Part shown: positions 1-13,479 of the stretch, piece by piece
How the letters are laid out: each line of letters opens with the position of its first letter
How positions within the stretch are numbered: the first letter of the stretch is position 1
Source of the DNA: Octopus sinensis
Taxonomy: Eukaryota
Length of the DNA: 64,000 nt
NCBI RefSeq assembly: GCF_006345805.1
Contig: NC_043006.1
Coordinates: forward strand, 84,382,001-84,446,000
Reading direction: 5' to 3'
Position numbers and translations under genes: made by a program
Notes under the pieces: generated by a model
The model's database searches: none
What the model was told of the DNA's origin: nothing
The model's input: the letters and a program-made list of their open reading frames with translations, nothing else

Positions 1-381
1 TAGTTATTACTGCAGTTGAATTTTATTGCTGGTCAAATTATGGCAAATTTAATAATTGATCAGTTATGAAAAGAATCGTGTCCATAATAGCTGCATTTCG
101 CGATGGTTAATGCTTCTTGTATGGTAAAATCGTTAAAACGATAATTATTAATTTTGGAGGAAACATATGCTGTAGTATACACACACTCACAAAACACACA
201 CACACACACACACACACACCAACACACACACACACACATATAGATTATCTATCTATATATATATATATATATATATATCATATATTAGGATTCTACATGT
301 ACACATTCATGCATGTATTCTTATATACGTATACGTAATACAGGCAGGGACATCGCACGCACGTGCACATACATACATACA

Positions 382-423
<42 letters not shown>

Positions 424-1084
424 GTTACTTTTATATGAAAAGATGGACGATGACTTCACAGCCTCATAATGACGAGCAAGCAGAAACTTCGCAGTCACTG
501 TCAACACTTTTCTTGTAAAGATCTATAAATATGTACTCTACTTGAAAGTATTGATTAATACTTTAATTTAATGTTTTTTAATATATAATTTAACATAAAA
601 ACAATCATTTATAGACATGCATACAATATATCATATACGTGTGTGTGTGTGTGTGTGTGTGTGCGTGCGCACGCGTGTTTTTTAATGTGTGTATGTGTGT
701 GTATGAGTGCATGCATACATACACACACATGCATGCAAACGTACAGACACACATAAATACATAATACATATATACATATTTACATATACATGCATTCATT
801 CATGCTTGCATATATATAAAAATACATACATACACACACATACATAGAAAAATACGTACATACATGCACACACATACATACATACATATATACAGACACA
901 TATGCTTACACACACATACATACATACATACACATACATACATACACACATAGTACATATATACACACATACATACATGCATACATACATACATACATAC
1001 ATAAATACATAAGGTTTTTTTAAAATTTAAAGGATGGCGGTTAAACAAGATGCTTTCTTGGTAGCCTTGGTAGTTATTCTAAAT

Positions 1085-1390
1085 TCAAAAGAGAAAGAGG
1101 TGCTACATACATACATACATACATACATACATACATACATACATACATAATACATACAATACTACATACATACATACTACATACATACATACATACATAC
1201 CATACATACATACATACATACATACATTCATTCATCATTCATTCATTATACATACATACATACATACATACATACATACATACACACATACATACATACA
1301 TACATACATACATACATACATACATACATACATACATACATACATACAACATACATACATACATTCATTCATTCATTCATCATTCATTCA

Positions 1391-1421
<31 letters not shown>

Positions 1422-1828
1422 CATACATACATACATACATAATACATACATACATACATACAACATTCATTCCATTCATCATTCATTCATTCATACATAC
1501 ATACATACATACATACATACATACATACATACATACATACATACATACATACAGACATACATACATACATAACATACATACATACATACATTCATTCATT
1601 CATTCATTCATCATACATACATACATACATACATACATACATACATACATACATACACCATACATCATACATACATACATACAGACATACAACATACATA
1701 CATACATACATTCATTCATTCATCTCATTCATTCATACCGACATACATACATACATACATACATACATACATACATACATTCATTCATCATTCATTCATA
1801 CATACATACATACATACACATACATACA

Positions 1829-1860
<32 letters not shown>

Positions 1861-2195
1861 AACATACATACATACATACATACATACATACATACATACA
1901 TACAACTACATACATACATACATACATACATACATACATACAATACATACAATACATACATACATTCATACATACATACATACATACATACATACATACA
2001 TACATACATACATACATACATACATACATACATACATACATACATACATACATACATACATACATACATACATACATACATACATTCATTCATTCATTCA
2101 TACATACATACATACATACATACATACATACATACATACATACATACATACATACATACATACATACATACATACATACATACATACATACATTC

Positions 2196-2226
<31 letters not shown>

Positions 2227-2605
2227 CATACATACATACATACATACATACATACATACATACATACATACATACATACATACATACATACATACATACA
2301 TTCATTCATTCATTCATACATACATACTACATACATACATACATACATACATACATACATACATACATACATAATACATACATACTACATACATACATAC
2401 ATACATTCATTCATTCATACATACATACATACATATACATACATACATACATACATACATACATACATAATTCATTCATTCATACATACATACATACATA
2501 CATACATACATACATACATACATACATTCATTCATTCATACATACATACATACATACATACATACATACATACATTCATTCATTCATACATACATACATA
2601 CATAT
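1085..2605. repeat. ~1.5 kb (CATA)n tetranucleotide array with interspersed (CATT)n blocks
   Basis: Direct reading of tandem TACA units with recurrent TTCA runs; the source of the MYVC-repeat ORFs. Confidence 0.97.
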
Positions 2606-3042
2606 GACAACCGTTCGAATCAGTATCCATAACTGCTGACACAATTTCAGGTCCCACAGAAATCTGAAGCGGATTTCATAGAAATGCTAAAAAAAATAAG
2701 ACTTAAGACGTATACAATTTCCCAAACAAACTACACTTTGGCGTTAAATCACTACGAACAGGAAAAAGAATCCCCTTCATGATTGCAGACAAAAGTAAAA
2801 CTCGGTTTCATACAGCCAAAGACACATCGAGAAACAACTCTGAGCGACATGATTAAAACAAGAGAAAGTAAACCACGACCTATGAAACATAATTAACAGA
2901 AAAACACAAAAAGTTACCTGATAAATAAACAAAATACTTGTTTGTAACAGCCGAAGATACACGCAATATAAACTCTTTTTAACACCATAATTATAACATA
3001 AAAGAAATGAAGCCGTGACATATACAACCTAATCAATAGAGA

Positions 3043-3454
3043 TACTCTCTTTACTCTTTTACTTGTTTCAGTCATATGACTGCGGCCATGCTGGAGCACC
3101 ACCTTTAGTCGAGCAACTCGACCCCAGGACTTATTCTATGTAAGCCCAGTACTTATTCTATCGGTCTCTTTTGCCGAACCGCTAACTAACGGTGACGTAA
3201 ACACACCAGCATCGGTTGTCAAGCAATGCTAGGGGGACAAACACAGACACACAAATATACACACACATATATATATGTATATACATATATACGACGGGCT
3301 TCTTTCAGTTTCCGTCTACCAAATCCACTCACAAGGCTTTGGTCGGCCCGATGCTATAGTAGAAGACACTTGCCCAAGATGCTACGCAGTGAGACTGAAC
3401 CCGGAACCATGTGGTTGGTAAGCAAGGTACTAACCACACAGCCACTCCTGCGCC
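3043..3454 (-). mobile_element. tRNA-derived SINE, family A (CORE-like), full length
   Basis: Minus strand reads GGCGCAGGAGTGGCTGTGTGG (A box)...GGTTCAGTC (B box), CTTGGGCAAGT CORE-like motif, internal (TA)/(TG) linker, tail GGTGGTGCTCCAGCATGGCCGCAGTC..GACTGAAACAAG(TAAAAGAG)n; many copies in window. Confidence 0.9.
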
Positions 3455-3701
3455 TGGGAATTATCAACAAGTTTACTAAGCAAAATATCGATCCCTGAAA
3501 CAAACATACATTGCACTAAAAGACCACGAAATAAGATTTTCAGCGGACATCCAGGTGTAAATAGGTCATCCTGCCGAAATGCGAATTAAGCGTAATTTCT
3601 TAAATAATCCTCGACAATAGAGACTCTCAAATTAAACGAGCAACAAAGGTAATTCTATGGAACAACAGTACATCCGTTATCAATTGTTTCGACGACATGT
3701 A

Positions 3702-4005
3702 TTGGGTTGTCCGGAAAGTTCGTGCCGATTTTTAAAGGAAAGAAAAAGGTCAATAAATACTTGCCATTACATTTTTAATCAACCAAATATGAACCATTTT
3801 GTTGCACAATGCATCTCCATCTTTCCTTTAACTTGAAAATACCCTCTTCCCAGAATTGAGGTGGTTTCATGGCAAAGAATTCATCAAGGTATTTTTTTAC
3901 GTCATCCAAGGAATTGAAATTTTTACCATTAAGACTATTCTGCAGAGACCTGAATAAGTGGAAATCCGAAGGAGCAATATCTGGTGAATATGGAGGGTGG
4001 GGTAA
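3702..4005 (-). mobile_element. Mariner transposon 3' fragment (transposase C-terminus + one TIR)
   Basis: ORF 3775..4125 contains LPHPPYSPDIAPSDFHLFRSLQNSL...W..GI.KL.ERW (mariner YSPDLAPSD motif); TA|TTGGGTTGTCCGGAAAGTTCGTGCCGATTT TIR-like end at 3700-3732; homology stops at a 12-bp AATGAAAGAGCA tandem repeat. Confidence 0.9.
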
Positions 4006-4909
4006 TGAAAGAGCAAATGAAAGAGCAAATGAAAGAAAACTAGCAGAGCTATATACGCTAGAAAAACGTAAACAAAGTGTGTGGCTTCGTCGGAACAAAA
4101 CAGCACAGAGACAATAACCTAGCAAGCCCTCAAAATATTAACGGACACGAATGATCCAAATCAACTACCCATTGTAAAGTGTAAAGACATAACGCTAGAT
4201 TTAAACATGGGAAAACGTCGTCCTTAGAGAAAACCAAACGAATTTCTGTTATATATAAACAAATATTCCAGCCAAATCTATATACTTCTGGGAATAGCTT
4301 TTATCCTTCAAATTCTACACACCACAATCCCTTACGTAATTTTTTAAATATTTTTAAGATGGTGATTTTGTTTTCCATATAGGTAAATGCTTTCTTAAAT
4401 AAACCTGCACTTCATTTTTGAAGCTGCTAAGAAGCTATAAGGTGATGCACAAGCACTCATCTCTGAGTTCACTGCATCTTATAGCAGAAACTGCTGTAAG
4501 CTAATGAAGTTCATTGCACAATTTCCTGTCCCTTTGTCAGTTATTTAATTTCATACTACGCGCTATTCTAAATTAATGCTTTATATATATATTATGCCCT
4601 GTTACTATTTTTATTGTATTTGTGTAACATTGTTCGTTTTTTCCGTCCTTATTTTTGTATATATTCACTACTTTCTTCCAAGGAATCTAATGCTCTTAGC
4701 TTAGTTTTTCCTTGGGAGTGGCTAGATTGGAGCAATCTCGAGTATAATAAGCCAAAATTGTGAAGATAATCTGGTGCTTGACTGAGGAAAGAAAACTTCG
4801 AATGGCCCGTCCATGTTTACTTTGTATCGTCTATCTGGATGTTTTGTTGTCCCATTTTTGTATCACCTAACTGTCCGATGTTTTGCGTTCTTGTCCCATT
4901 TTGTGAATA

Positions 4910-4947
<38 letters not shown>

Positions 4948-4966
4948 CGGCGTACGTACACTTTAG

Positions 4967-5049
<83 letters not shown>

Positions 5050-5512
5050 GTTTGTATATATGTATGTATGTATATATGTATGTATGTATGTATATTTGTC
5101 AATTAAAAGTACAAACGTACAAAGTAATAATTCTAAGGAAGAATTTAAATATGTTCACTAGCTGTAAAATATGTTTTGGTACATGATAAGAAAGTTAGAA
5201 TTAGTCACCGGAGTAGGGTAGCATTGATAAATATATAAAAAAGCAGCTTCTTTTGGGGGTCTATTCTAGTATAATGAGTAAAATGATACGCATTGCTACA
5301 AAACGTGGGGAATGGAAAAATGAAATAAGATAAAGTAAATTTGAAGAAAGAAAAAGGGCTATGATATTAGAAGGGATATTGCAAGAATATAAGGTAGATT
5401 GGAAAATATGGAGCTAAAAATATGAGATAAGATAAAGATTACATAACACATATATAACCTTGATAACGTTGTGTTAACATATATTTTCGAGGGTATTAAT
5501 ATCATTTTAGTG

Positions 5513-5554
<42 letters not shown>

Positions 5555-5592
5555 ATATATAATATATATATAATATATATATAGATATAGCA

Positions 5593-5805
5593 TATTGAGC
5601 GTAAACACCTAAAGCTCCACGAGGCTCGTCAGGGGGTGGGTGGTTATCCCTGCCTACTCTTTCGACACAACTTTCTCTCGTTCTTTCTTCTGTTGGCCTG
5701 CTCGCTTAGCCAGCGGGGAGGCGTCATTTGAAGGCTAAAACAATGCGAAGCGCATTGTGACCAGCGATGTGTAGCAACATCTGATAGCCTGGTCGGTCAC
5801 GTTGA
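5593..5805 (+). mobile_element. SINE family C body with tail type 2 (5'-truncated)
   Basis: Shares TATTGAGCG.AAACACCTAAAGCTCCACGAG body with 35363-35754, and tail with 59722-59899. Confidence 0.75.
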
Positions 5806-6212
5806 GATATATACATGCACACACACACACACACACACACACACCACACACACACACACATATATGTATTTGTATGTGTGTGTGTGCATTTGTGTGTACG
5901 TATGTGTGTTTGTGTGTGTGTGCGTTAATATCTTGATGCAATAGAAACAATTGTCGGTTTTACAAGGTGAAATCTATAATAAAGATATAATTTTCTCTAT
6001 ACGTATTTTTTCGTTGTTAAATACTCTGAATTTCTCGAAATTCCGCAAAAGGATATTTGGATTTACCTGTCATGCATAAGGATTTAACTGGAATATTCTA
6101 CTTACATTTACTGGTATCTGATTGTTGAACATTTATAACCAAATTCTTTTAGTACTGAATGTTTTATTGATATTTGTGAGAAATTTTAAATCTCACTTTT
6201 TCTTCTAACTAT

Positions 6213-6242
<30 letters not shown>

Positions 6243-6249
<7 letters not shown>

Positions 6250-6584
6250 AAAGGGCTTAGTAAAAAAATTACTTTGCCGCATACTGAACTCATTAGAAAT
6301 AGCAGCTAAAAAACTTTTTTAAAACTATTTCTAATACTTAAAGAAAACCTCTCTCATATAGTGTTTGCTCAATTCAACTCACGCAAATATGGGGTAGAGA
6401 CATTAAAAAAATCAAGTGCAAAGGTTATTTGAGAACGTACGTTTCAAGATTAGTCAACACGAAATTTCTATCATCAGCTCAGAACTCCCTGGTTTGGATT
6501 TGAAAACACTGAAAGTGGGAGCATACCCTTTCGGCTTCCTCTCGCTTCTGAAGATCTGCTCCCAACTAACAGTGCCAACAAACC
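6243..6584 (+). repeat. Inverted copy of the internal region of the adjacent MITE
   Basis: Near-exact reverse complement of 6763-7106. Confidence 0.9.
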
Positions 6585-6695
6585 AAAAATGCAAGCGAAG
6601 AATTTCTGCTCTCCCTTTCCACCAGCGTGGGTTAAAATCAGTAAACACTATGCTTTTTTCGGTAAAGTCCGCGGCATTATATAGAGAGAGATGAA

Positions 6696-7204
6696 TTATA
6701 ATTTCAACAATTGAGGGTAAAATTAATTAATTATCAATTTCACCAAGTATTCAGTATGCAAAGGTTTTGTTGGCATGTTAGTTGGGAGCAGATCTTCAGA
6801 AGCGAGAGGAAGCCGAAAGGGTATGCTCCCACTTTCAGTGTTTTCAAATCCAAACAGGGAGTTCTGAGCTGATGATAGAAATGTCGTGTTGACTAATCTT
6901 GAAACGTACGTTCTCAAATAACCTTTGCACTTGATTTTTTTAATGTCTCTACCCCCATATTTGCGTGAGTTGAATTGAGCAAACACTATATGAGAGAGGT
7001 TTTCTTTAAGTATTAGAAATAGTTTTAAAAAAAGTTTTTTAGCTGCTATTTCTAATGAGTTCAGTATGCGGCAAAGTAATTTATTTTACTAAGCCCTTTT
7101 ATATAATGTAATAATTTGAATTCGCCTTAAATGGTCCCTTTGCATACTGAATACTTGGTGAATTGATTAATTAATTAATTTTACCCTCAATTGTTGAAAT
7201 ATAA
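6696..7204. mobile_element. MITE-like element with ~67-bp TIRs in TA context
   Basis: 6696-6764 (ATTTCAACAATTGAGGGTAAAATTAATT...CAGTATGCAAAGG) is the reverse complement of 7137-7204. Confidence 0.75.
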
Positions 7205-7220
7205 TATATATATATAATAT

Positions 7221-7266
<46 letters not shown>

Positions 7267-7532
7267 TATTATATAAGCCCGTCGTACAATCGATGTCCGT
7301 GTATTTACGTCCCTGTAACTTATCAGTTTGGTAAAAGAGGCAGATGGAATAAAAAGCACTGAGGTTGATATTCGTTCCACTAGAATTCTTCAAGGCGGTG
7401 TTCCAGCATGGCCGTAGTCTAACTGAAATAAGTAAAAGATAAAGGATACACATACAGACAGACACACGCAGGCACAGAAGCATACATGTATATATTGAAC
7501 CAGAATATGCTTTTTATAACTTTTAAAGTAAT

Positions 7533-7584
<52 letters not shown>

Positions 7585-7603
7585 TGATGATGATGATGAT
7601 GAT

Positions 7604-8890
7604 GCAGTATGGTTAAAGATAGTGAGGAAAGAAGTAGTGAGTGAGAAGCAGCCAGATCTAAGATTAACTACTGCATTAATGAGTAAAATATTTGGAAAAA
7701 TGCTGAATTAGTATCTGACAAAGTACTACAGAAATGAAAACAAAATTGATAAGGAGTACATCAGAAGGGTGTGGAAGCTAATGAAGTCAAAGCTAAATGG
7801 TTCGGATCTAGTAAAAGCTCTAAATAATTGGGCAATACCATTACTTAGATACTCAGCAGTTTTTTTTTAGATTGGACAAAAACTGAACTAATAAAGCTAG
7901 ACAGAAGAATTAGGATGGAATTCAGTATGAATGGAGGACTCCACCCAAGGGCAAGAATAGCAAGATTTTACCTATCTAAACAGGGAGGCGAAAGTGGGTT
8001 AATATCAGTAAAAGACTGCATGGAGTTAGCTAGTGTAGATAGAGACTGCTACGTAGGTAATAGTGAAGAAAGTTTATTAAAAGCTGCTCGAGTCACAAGA
8101 CATAAGGAAACTAAAAACCAAATGAAGTTAAAAACCAGAAAAAAGAAAAGTTATTATCTGACTGGCAGGAGAAGGCGTTGCTTGGTAGTTTCCCAAAGAT
8201 AGTTGCAGCAATTAGTAGTAGTGAGACATAGTTATGGTTGCAGAAAGGAAAGCTGAAAAGGGAGACAGGGAGACAGGGAGACAGCGAGTTTGTAAGTAGC
8301 AGCACAGAATCAAGTATTAAGGACTAATTGGATAAAAGCTAAGATAGACAAAAACCAAGTAGATTCCCAAGTTGATGTAGCTTGCTGGCACAGAAGGAAT
8401 ACAAGGAAAGGCGTGACAACCTAGGGAGAGTAATCAACTGGGGGTTATGTAGAAAGCTAGGATTTGACCATACTGATAAATGGTATGAACATGAACCTAG
8501 TAAAGTACTAGAAAGTAAGAAATACGAGATGTTGTGGGGTTTTAACATTCAGACTGATAGAGTAATAGAAGCTATAAGGCCTGATTTAGTAGTGGTAGAT
8601 TATGAGAATAGAAAATGCTAGATAATTGACTTTACAGTCCCAAATGATGAAAAAAGTCAATATGAAAAGTATAGATAAAATGGCAAAGCACCAGGAGCTA
8701 ACCATTGAATTACAGAGACTATGCAAAGTGCGGGTAAAAGGTATTCCAGTAGTTATAGGTGCATTGAAAAGTATTATTAGGGAAAGCTAAGATACATAAA
8801 AGGGTTCTTGGCATCTAAGGTTACTTGTTGTAGCCAAATGTTAGGATTTTTTTCTTTTCCAACAGTCTAATCTGTTGTGTGCATATGAAA
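7604..8890 (+). mobile_element. 5'-truncated, decayed R4/Dong-clade non-LTR retrotransposon (RT thumb + RLE endonuclease)
   Basis: Broken frames give EYIRRVWKLMKSKLNG..LVKALNNWAIPLLRYS, GGLHPRARIARFYLSKQGG, LAQKEYKERRDN..VINWGLC, KWYEHEP, NIQTDRVIEAIRPDLVVVD...C*IIDFTVPND; flanked by (AAT)n on both sides. Confidence 0.85.
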
Positions 8891-8902
8891 ATAATAATAA
8901 TT

Positions 8903-9527
8903 ATTATTTCTGTATTGCCCACAAGGAGCTAAACATAGAGGGGACAAACGGGGACAGACAAAGGGATTAAGTCGATTACATCGACCCCAGTGCGTAATTG
9001 GTACTTATTTAATCGACCTCGAAAGGATGAAAGGCAAAGTTGACCTCGGCGGAATTTGAACTCAAAACGTAACGGCAGACGAAATACCTATTTCTTTATT
9101 GCCCACAAGGGGCTAAACACAGAGAGGACAAACAAGGACAGACAAACGGATTAAATTGATTATATCGACCCTAGTGTATAACTGGTACTTATTTAATCCG
9201 AAAGGATGAAAGGCAAAGTCGACCTCAGCGGAATTTGAACTCAAAACGTAACGGCAGACAAAATACCTATTTCTTTATTGCCCACAAGGGGCTAAACACA
9301 GAGAGGACAAACAAGGACAGACAAACGAATTAAGTTGATTATATCGACCCCAGTGCGTAACTGGTACTTAATTTATCGACTCCGAAAGGATGAAAGGCAA
9401 AGTCGACCCCGAAAGGATGAAAGGCAAAGTCGACCTCGGCGGAATTTGAACTCAGAACGTAGCGTCAGACGAAATACGGCTACGCATTTCGCACGGTGTG
9501 CTAACGTCTCTGCCAGCTCACCGCCTT
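8903..9527 (-). mobile_element. SINE family B head-to-tail trimer
   Basis: One full head (AAGGCGGTGAGCTGGCAG...GAGTTCAAATTCC) followed by two units starting at GGTATTT; each unit has CCGAGGTCGACTTTGCCTTTCATCCTTTCGG and tail GCCCCTTGTGGGCAATAAAGAAATA. Confidence 0.9.
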
Positions 9528-10084
9528 CGAAAATAATAATGATAACAACAATTAGAACAGCGGGGGAATTTTAACATGCAAATATGTTATTTTGCCACCA
9601 TCACACCCCTAATGTCCATTAATCCATTAATAACGTTTAATAATAACGAATCGAATTAAAGTCGAAAACATGACAAAAATATTGAAGTAATACTTGTAAA
9701 AATTATTGACCTTTTACCTCATATAATTTAATGTATCGCAAATATTATTACTTTCTGAAAGCAATACTAAACAAGCCAATAAAAATCATGCGCAATGGTA
9801 GCACAAGAACTATTCAAACCACCAACATACACAAGAAAATGACACACAAAAAATATACATAAAATTGTAAAATTCATTCGAAGATTAACAGAAGGATACG
9901 TACTTTGAATTTGGTGCATAATTTCGTTCAACATAATCAACAGGGTGAGGAAAACTGCCTGTCTTTTGCGGGGCGCGGAGTGACAATGAGGTGATTCTTT
10001 GATAGCTGTATCCATCCTACACAGTTAATACTTATTCAAAAAGTCTCCGCAATCTAGCAATATTCAAGCTCTGAACTTTGTCTG

Positions 10085-10560
10085 TCTTTACGTTCTGAGT
10101 TCAAATTTCGCCGAGGTTGACTTTGCCTTTCATCCTTTCGGGATCGATAAATTAAGTGTCAGTTGCTTACTGGGGTCAATATAATCGACTGGTCCCCTCC
10201 CCGCAGATTTCGGGCTTTGTGCCTAGAGTAGAAAAGAACATTCGAGCTCTGAACGAATACCTACAGAACGGCTTCCTTATTGCATGTAATTTCGGATTGG
10301 CTCGGCTGATGACAAAGTTTGTGTGTACAACTTATCCTAAACTGCCAATGGTCCCCAGTAACTCTGCCAGATCAGGGACTTAATAATTATAGCAATTATT
10401 TCAAATTTTGGTACAAGGCCAACAGTTTTAAGGGGAGGGGGTAATCGATTATATCTGCCTCAGTACTTGCCAGGTAGTTTATTTTATTGCCCCCGAAAGG
10501 ATGAGAAGCAAAATTGACACCAGCGGGATTTTAACTCAGAACGTAAAGAACCGGAATTCA
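10085..10560. mobile_element. Two SINE family B copies (plus 10085-10250, minus 10395-10560)
   Basis: GAGTTCAAATT..GAGGTTGACTTTGCCTTTCATCCTTTCGGG core and GGCTTTGTGCC tail type 2, in both orientations. Confidence 0.8.
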
Positions 10561-10835
10561 AGAATAGTAACAATAGTTACTCTACTGATTTTAGATACCC
10601 ACCACATAAAATTCAGAACAATATTTTGTTCCTAGGCGTTAAGGTACACAGCTGTGGGCGAGGAATAACTGACTGAATCGACCTTATTTTTTCATTGGCA
10701 ATTATTTTATCGACAGCGAAAGAACGAGTGGTAAGATCGGTTTCTGCAGGAACGTAAAGGGACGTAACTAAATACAAGTCATTTTGCACACTGCATGTCG
10801 CGACATACGTTCGAATGTCACACTTTAACCAGCCT

Positions 10836-11131
10836 ATAATACAGGACGAAATCGAAGATATAATCTAAAAGAATTGAAATAAGCTTGAGATTTATGCTTA
10901 ACTGTTGAACGAAATTGAAGACAAAGAAAATCTTAAAACTAATGCAATAAATTCGAAAGATAAAAGCTTCGAAGAAGTTTAACTATGGAACGAAACTTTC
11001 GGCATTTATGCTTTAAATAAACTACGGGACGAAATCGAAGTCAGAACAGAAATATTTAAAATTTTGGAACTAGTTCCAGAAGTGTTGCGCTTTAAACGAA
11101 CCTCAACTATAGAATGAAATTAAAGATAAAA
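10836..11131. repeat. Degenerate minisatellite-like repeat (AACTAYRGRACGAAATCGAAGAYA motif, ~6 copies)
   Basis: Motif recurs near 10838, 10900, 10937, 10980, 11019 and 11105. Confidence 0.5.
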
Positions 11132-12013
11132 TCGAAAATTTTATTATAATGGAGCAATATGTTGCATTAGAATTAAAGAGCATGTACATACTGTGGAATT
11201 TCCCCAGTTAAAGCTGTTCCATCTTCCGATACTTGACTAACATTTACCCCGGCGCAATTCCTTCGCTTTTCTCCAGTTAGAAAAATAGCCTAAAACTTTT
11301 GTCAACATTCATCGTTGGCTTGTTATTGATTTTGTCATACCTCGAATCTTTGATGCCTTCATTTCTGGCATTTTATCAATTAGCTTCTGTTTATATGGCA
11401 ATTAGAGGAACTATTATAAAAAATAGCAATAACAAAATATAAACAACGTAAACTCGTTTCATTTCACCCTGATATTAACTCAGAAATTTTAACAATGGTT
11501 CCAGCCAAGCAAATAAAAACAAACAATAAACTCAAAATGAATCGTTTTTGTACAATTTTCCTTTACGTGTAGTTTTTTTTTGTTCTTCTAACCAGGCTCA
11601 TTATCTTTGAAAGCATTTTTTCTTAAAGAAAAATATGATTTCGTTTATACAAGAAAGTTTTTGCTTTGACAAGGGAATTGGGCGAATTCTGAAAGAAGTT
11701 CACGTCAATGTTTGTGTTGACACTTTGCATTCTCAACATCATTTCTCCCCATTCCACACAACTCGGTGTTTTCTATTAAAATTCATTCCTTTCGTTGGTG
11801 ATCTCTACTCCAAAAAAAAACCATACGCCGATGGAATTTCTTTATTTACACAAGAACATAACTCACGTTATCTAAAGTAAAACCAAACCTTTACAACATC
11901 AGTCTGTTCTTTGTTTAGACCAAGGATCTGAAGAACTCCTCTCTCCAGTGTAAAATTACGTCTGCTTAATTCAAACTGGAAATTGTTCGCTGATGAAGTT
12001 ATTGAAGTTATCG

Positions 12014-12335
12014 AACATTTTCCAGTTTGAAATTGGTTTAAATTTCACTTTCCATTTCTAGAGAAATATTTAACAAAATATATTTTTAAAAATTCTATCT
12101 TAGTGCTGCTTTAACATACGGTCAGAACAATACGCGCTCATGTACAGACGTACGTACTATATACACACATTATATTAAAGAAGTAAAACGAAAAATCAAA
12201 ATGGAAACGAAACACGAAGCGGTGTCTCGGGACACGTAAAGTATAAGGAAATAAAAAATCGACTAAAATTAAAACCGGGCCAAAGCTAAAATATAAACAC
12301 GTGCAGAGCGAGTACTTTGTAAACCGAAGGACAAC
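12014..12335 (+). repeat. Direct repeat copy 1 (paired with 14497-14884)
   Basis: AACATTTTCCAGTTTGAAATTG...CATACGGTCA..ACAATACGCGCTCATGTACAGACGTACGTACTAT...GTAAACCGA.GGACAA is shared. Confidence 0.85.
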
Positions 12336-13479
12336 TACATACAACCATATATACATACATAAAGGGCAAAGGTTAAAGACGGGATCAGGTAGTCCACTTG
12401 TTGGACGTATTGTTCTTCATGCCTAAACATTTTTTCGTACCACTGACTCGATGAGTAACGACAAGTAGGGTGACTTGTCTAAAGACAAAACGCATGTTTC
12501 GGAATGTGTGACCCATCGCTTGATCACACGTCTTTTCGAAGTCACTGAAAATCTATACAAAAATTAAAAGAGGTCGACTTTGCCATTCATCCTTTCGGGG
12601 TCAATAAAATAAATACCAGCTGAACACTAGGATCGATGTAATTGACTTCCCCTCCCCCTTAAAACTGTATACTAATGAATTTATAAAAATTGTATATTAT
12701 TCTCTGTATAATTGTATCCTACCAAGATTTTATAAGTTTGGAATTCATACCTAATATTTAACAAAGGGTTCCCCTTTCTTGCTTTAGACAAAGCTAAGCG
12801 AACCATTTCTTGACTTCAATAATTGTAAAAATTTTAACAACCCATTACTCTCGTATGTTGCTATGGAATTCTTTAATTCACTTTGGAACTGAAATCTGTA
12901 TTCCTAAACTAATTCTTAATAAAATGAATTTTGAGATTTCTTGCCTTTTCTAGTCCATCTTTTACAGTTTTTCCAATAATCAGCGAGTCTGGTTCTTCAA
13001 CATCAGACACGCTTTAGCAGTTAGGAATTATGGTAACCTTGCCAGTTCAATAATTTTTCATTCAACTCCTGTTCCACAAATAATTCCCCAATTTATTCTA
13101 CAACTAAATCATCCGATCCTTCATTGCGATAATTATATCTGTGTCAAGGTTTCTCTTGTGTCACTATCACTAATATTCAGAATTAATTTAGGTAAAATAA
13201 CCATTCGACATGCATTTAAGGCGGTTTTCATAATTTCACAAATTGTTATTGCAAGTATTTTCACACAGTGAAGAATATTAATTTCTTTCCATATATTAAC
13301 TATCCCGTATTTTTTAAGGGAAGATTTTATATAATTTATCTTAAAGTTACAAATCATGGCTTCCTCTAATGGCTAGATAAGAGGCGTAGTACTCGATGTT
13401 AAGAGCAGATCTCTAAATCAGAGGCATTAGATGGGGCGTCGTCAATTAGTAATAAGATTTTGAAGTCAATATTATTTCG

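Noticed and set aside
117-2305. [12 protein letters not shown] ORFs here and throughout the window
   Set aside because: Translations of (CATA)n, (TA)n and (CA)n microsatellites; no coding signal.
13133-13357. 74-aa ORF as a transposase remnant
   Set aside because: No motif I can identify; a profile search would be needed.
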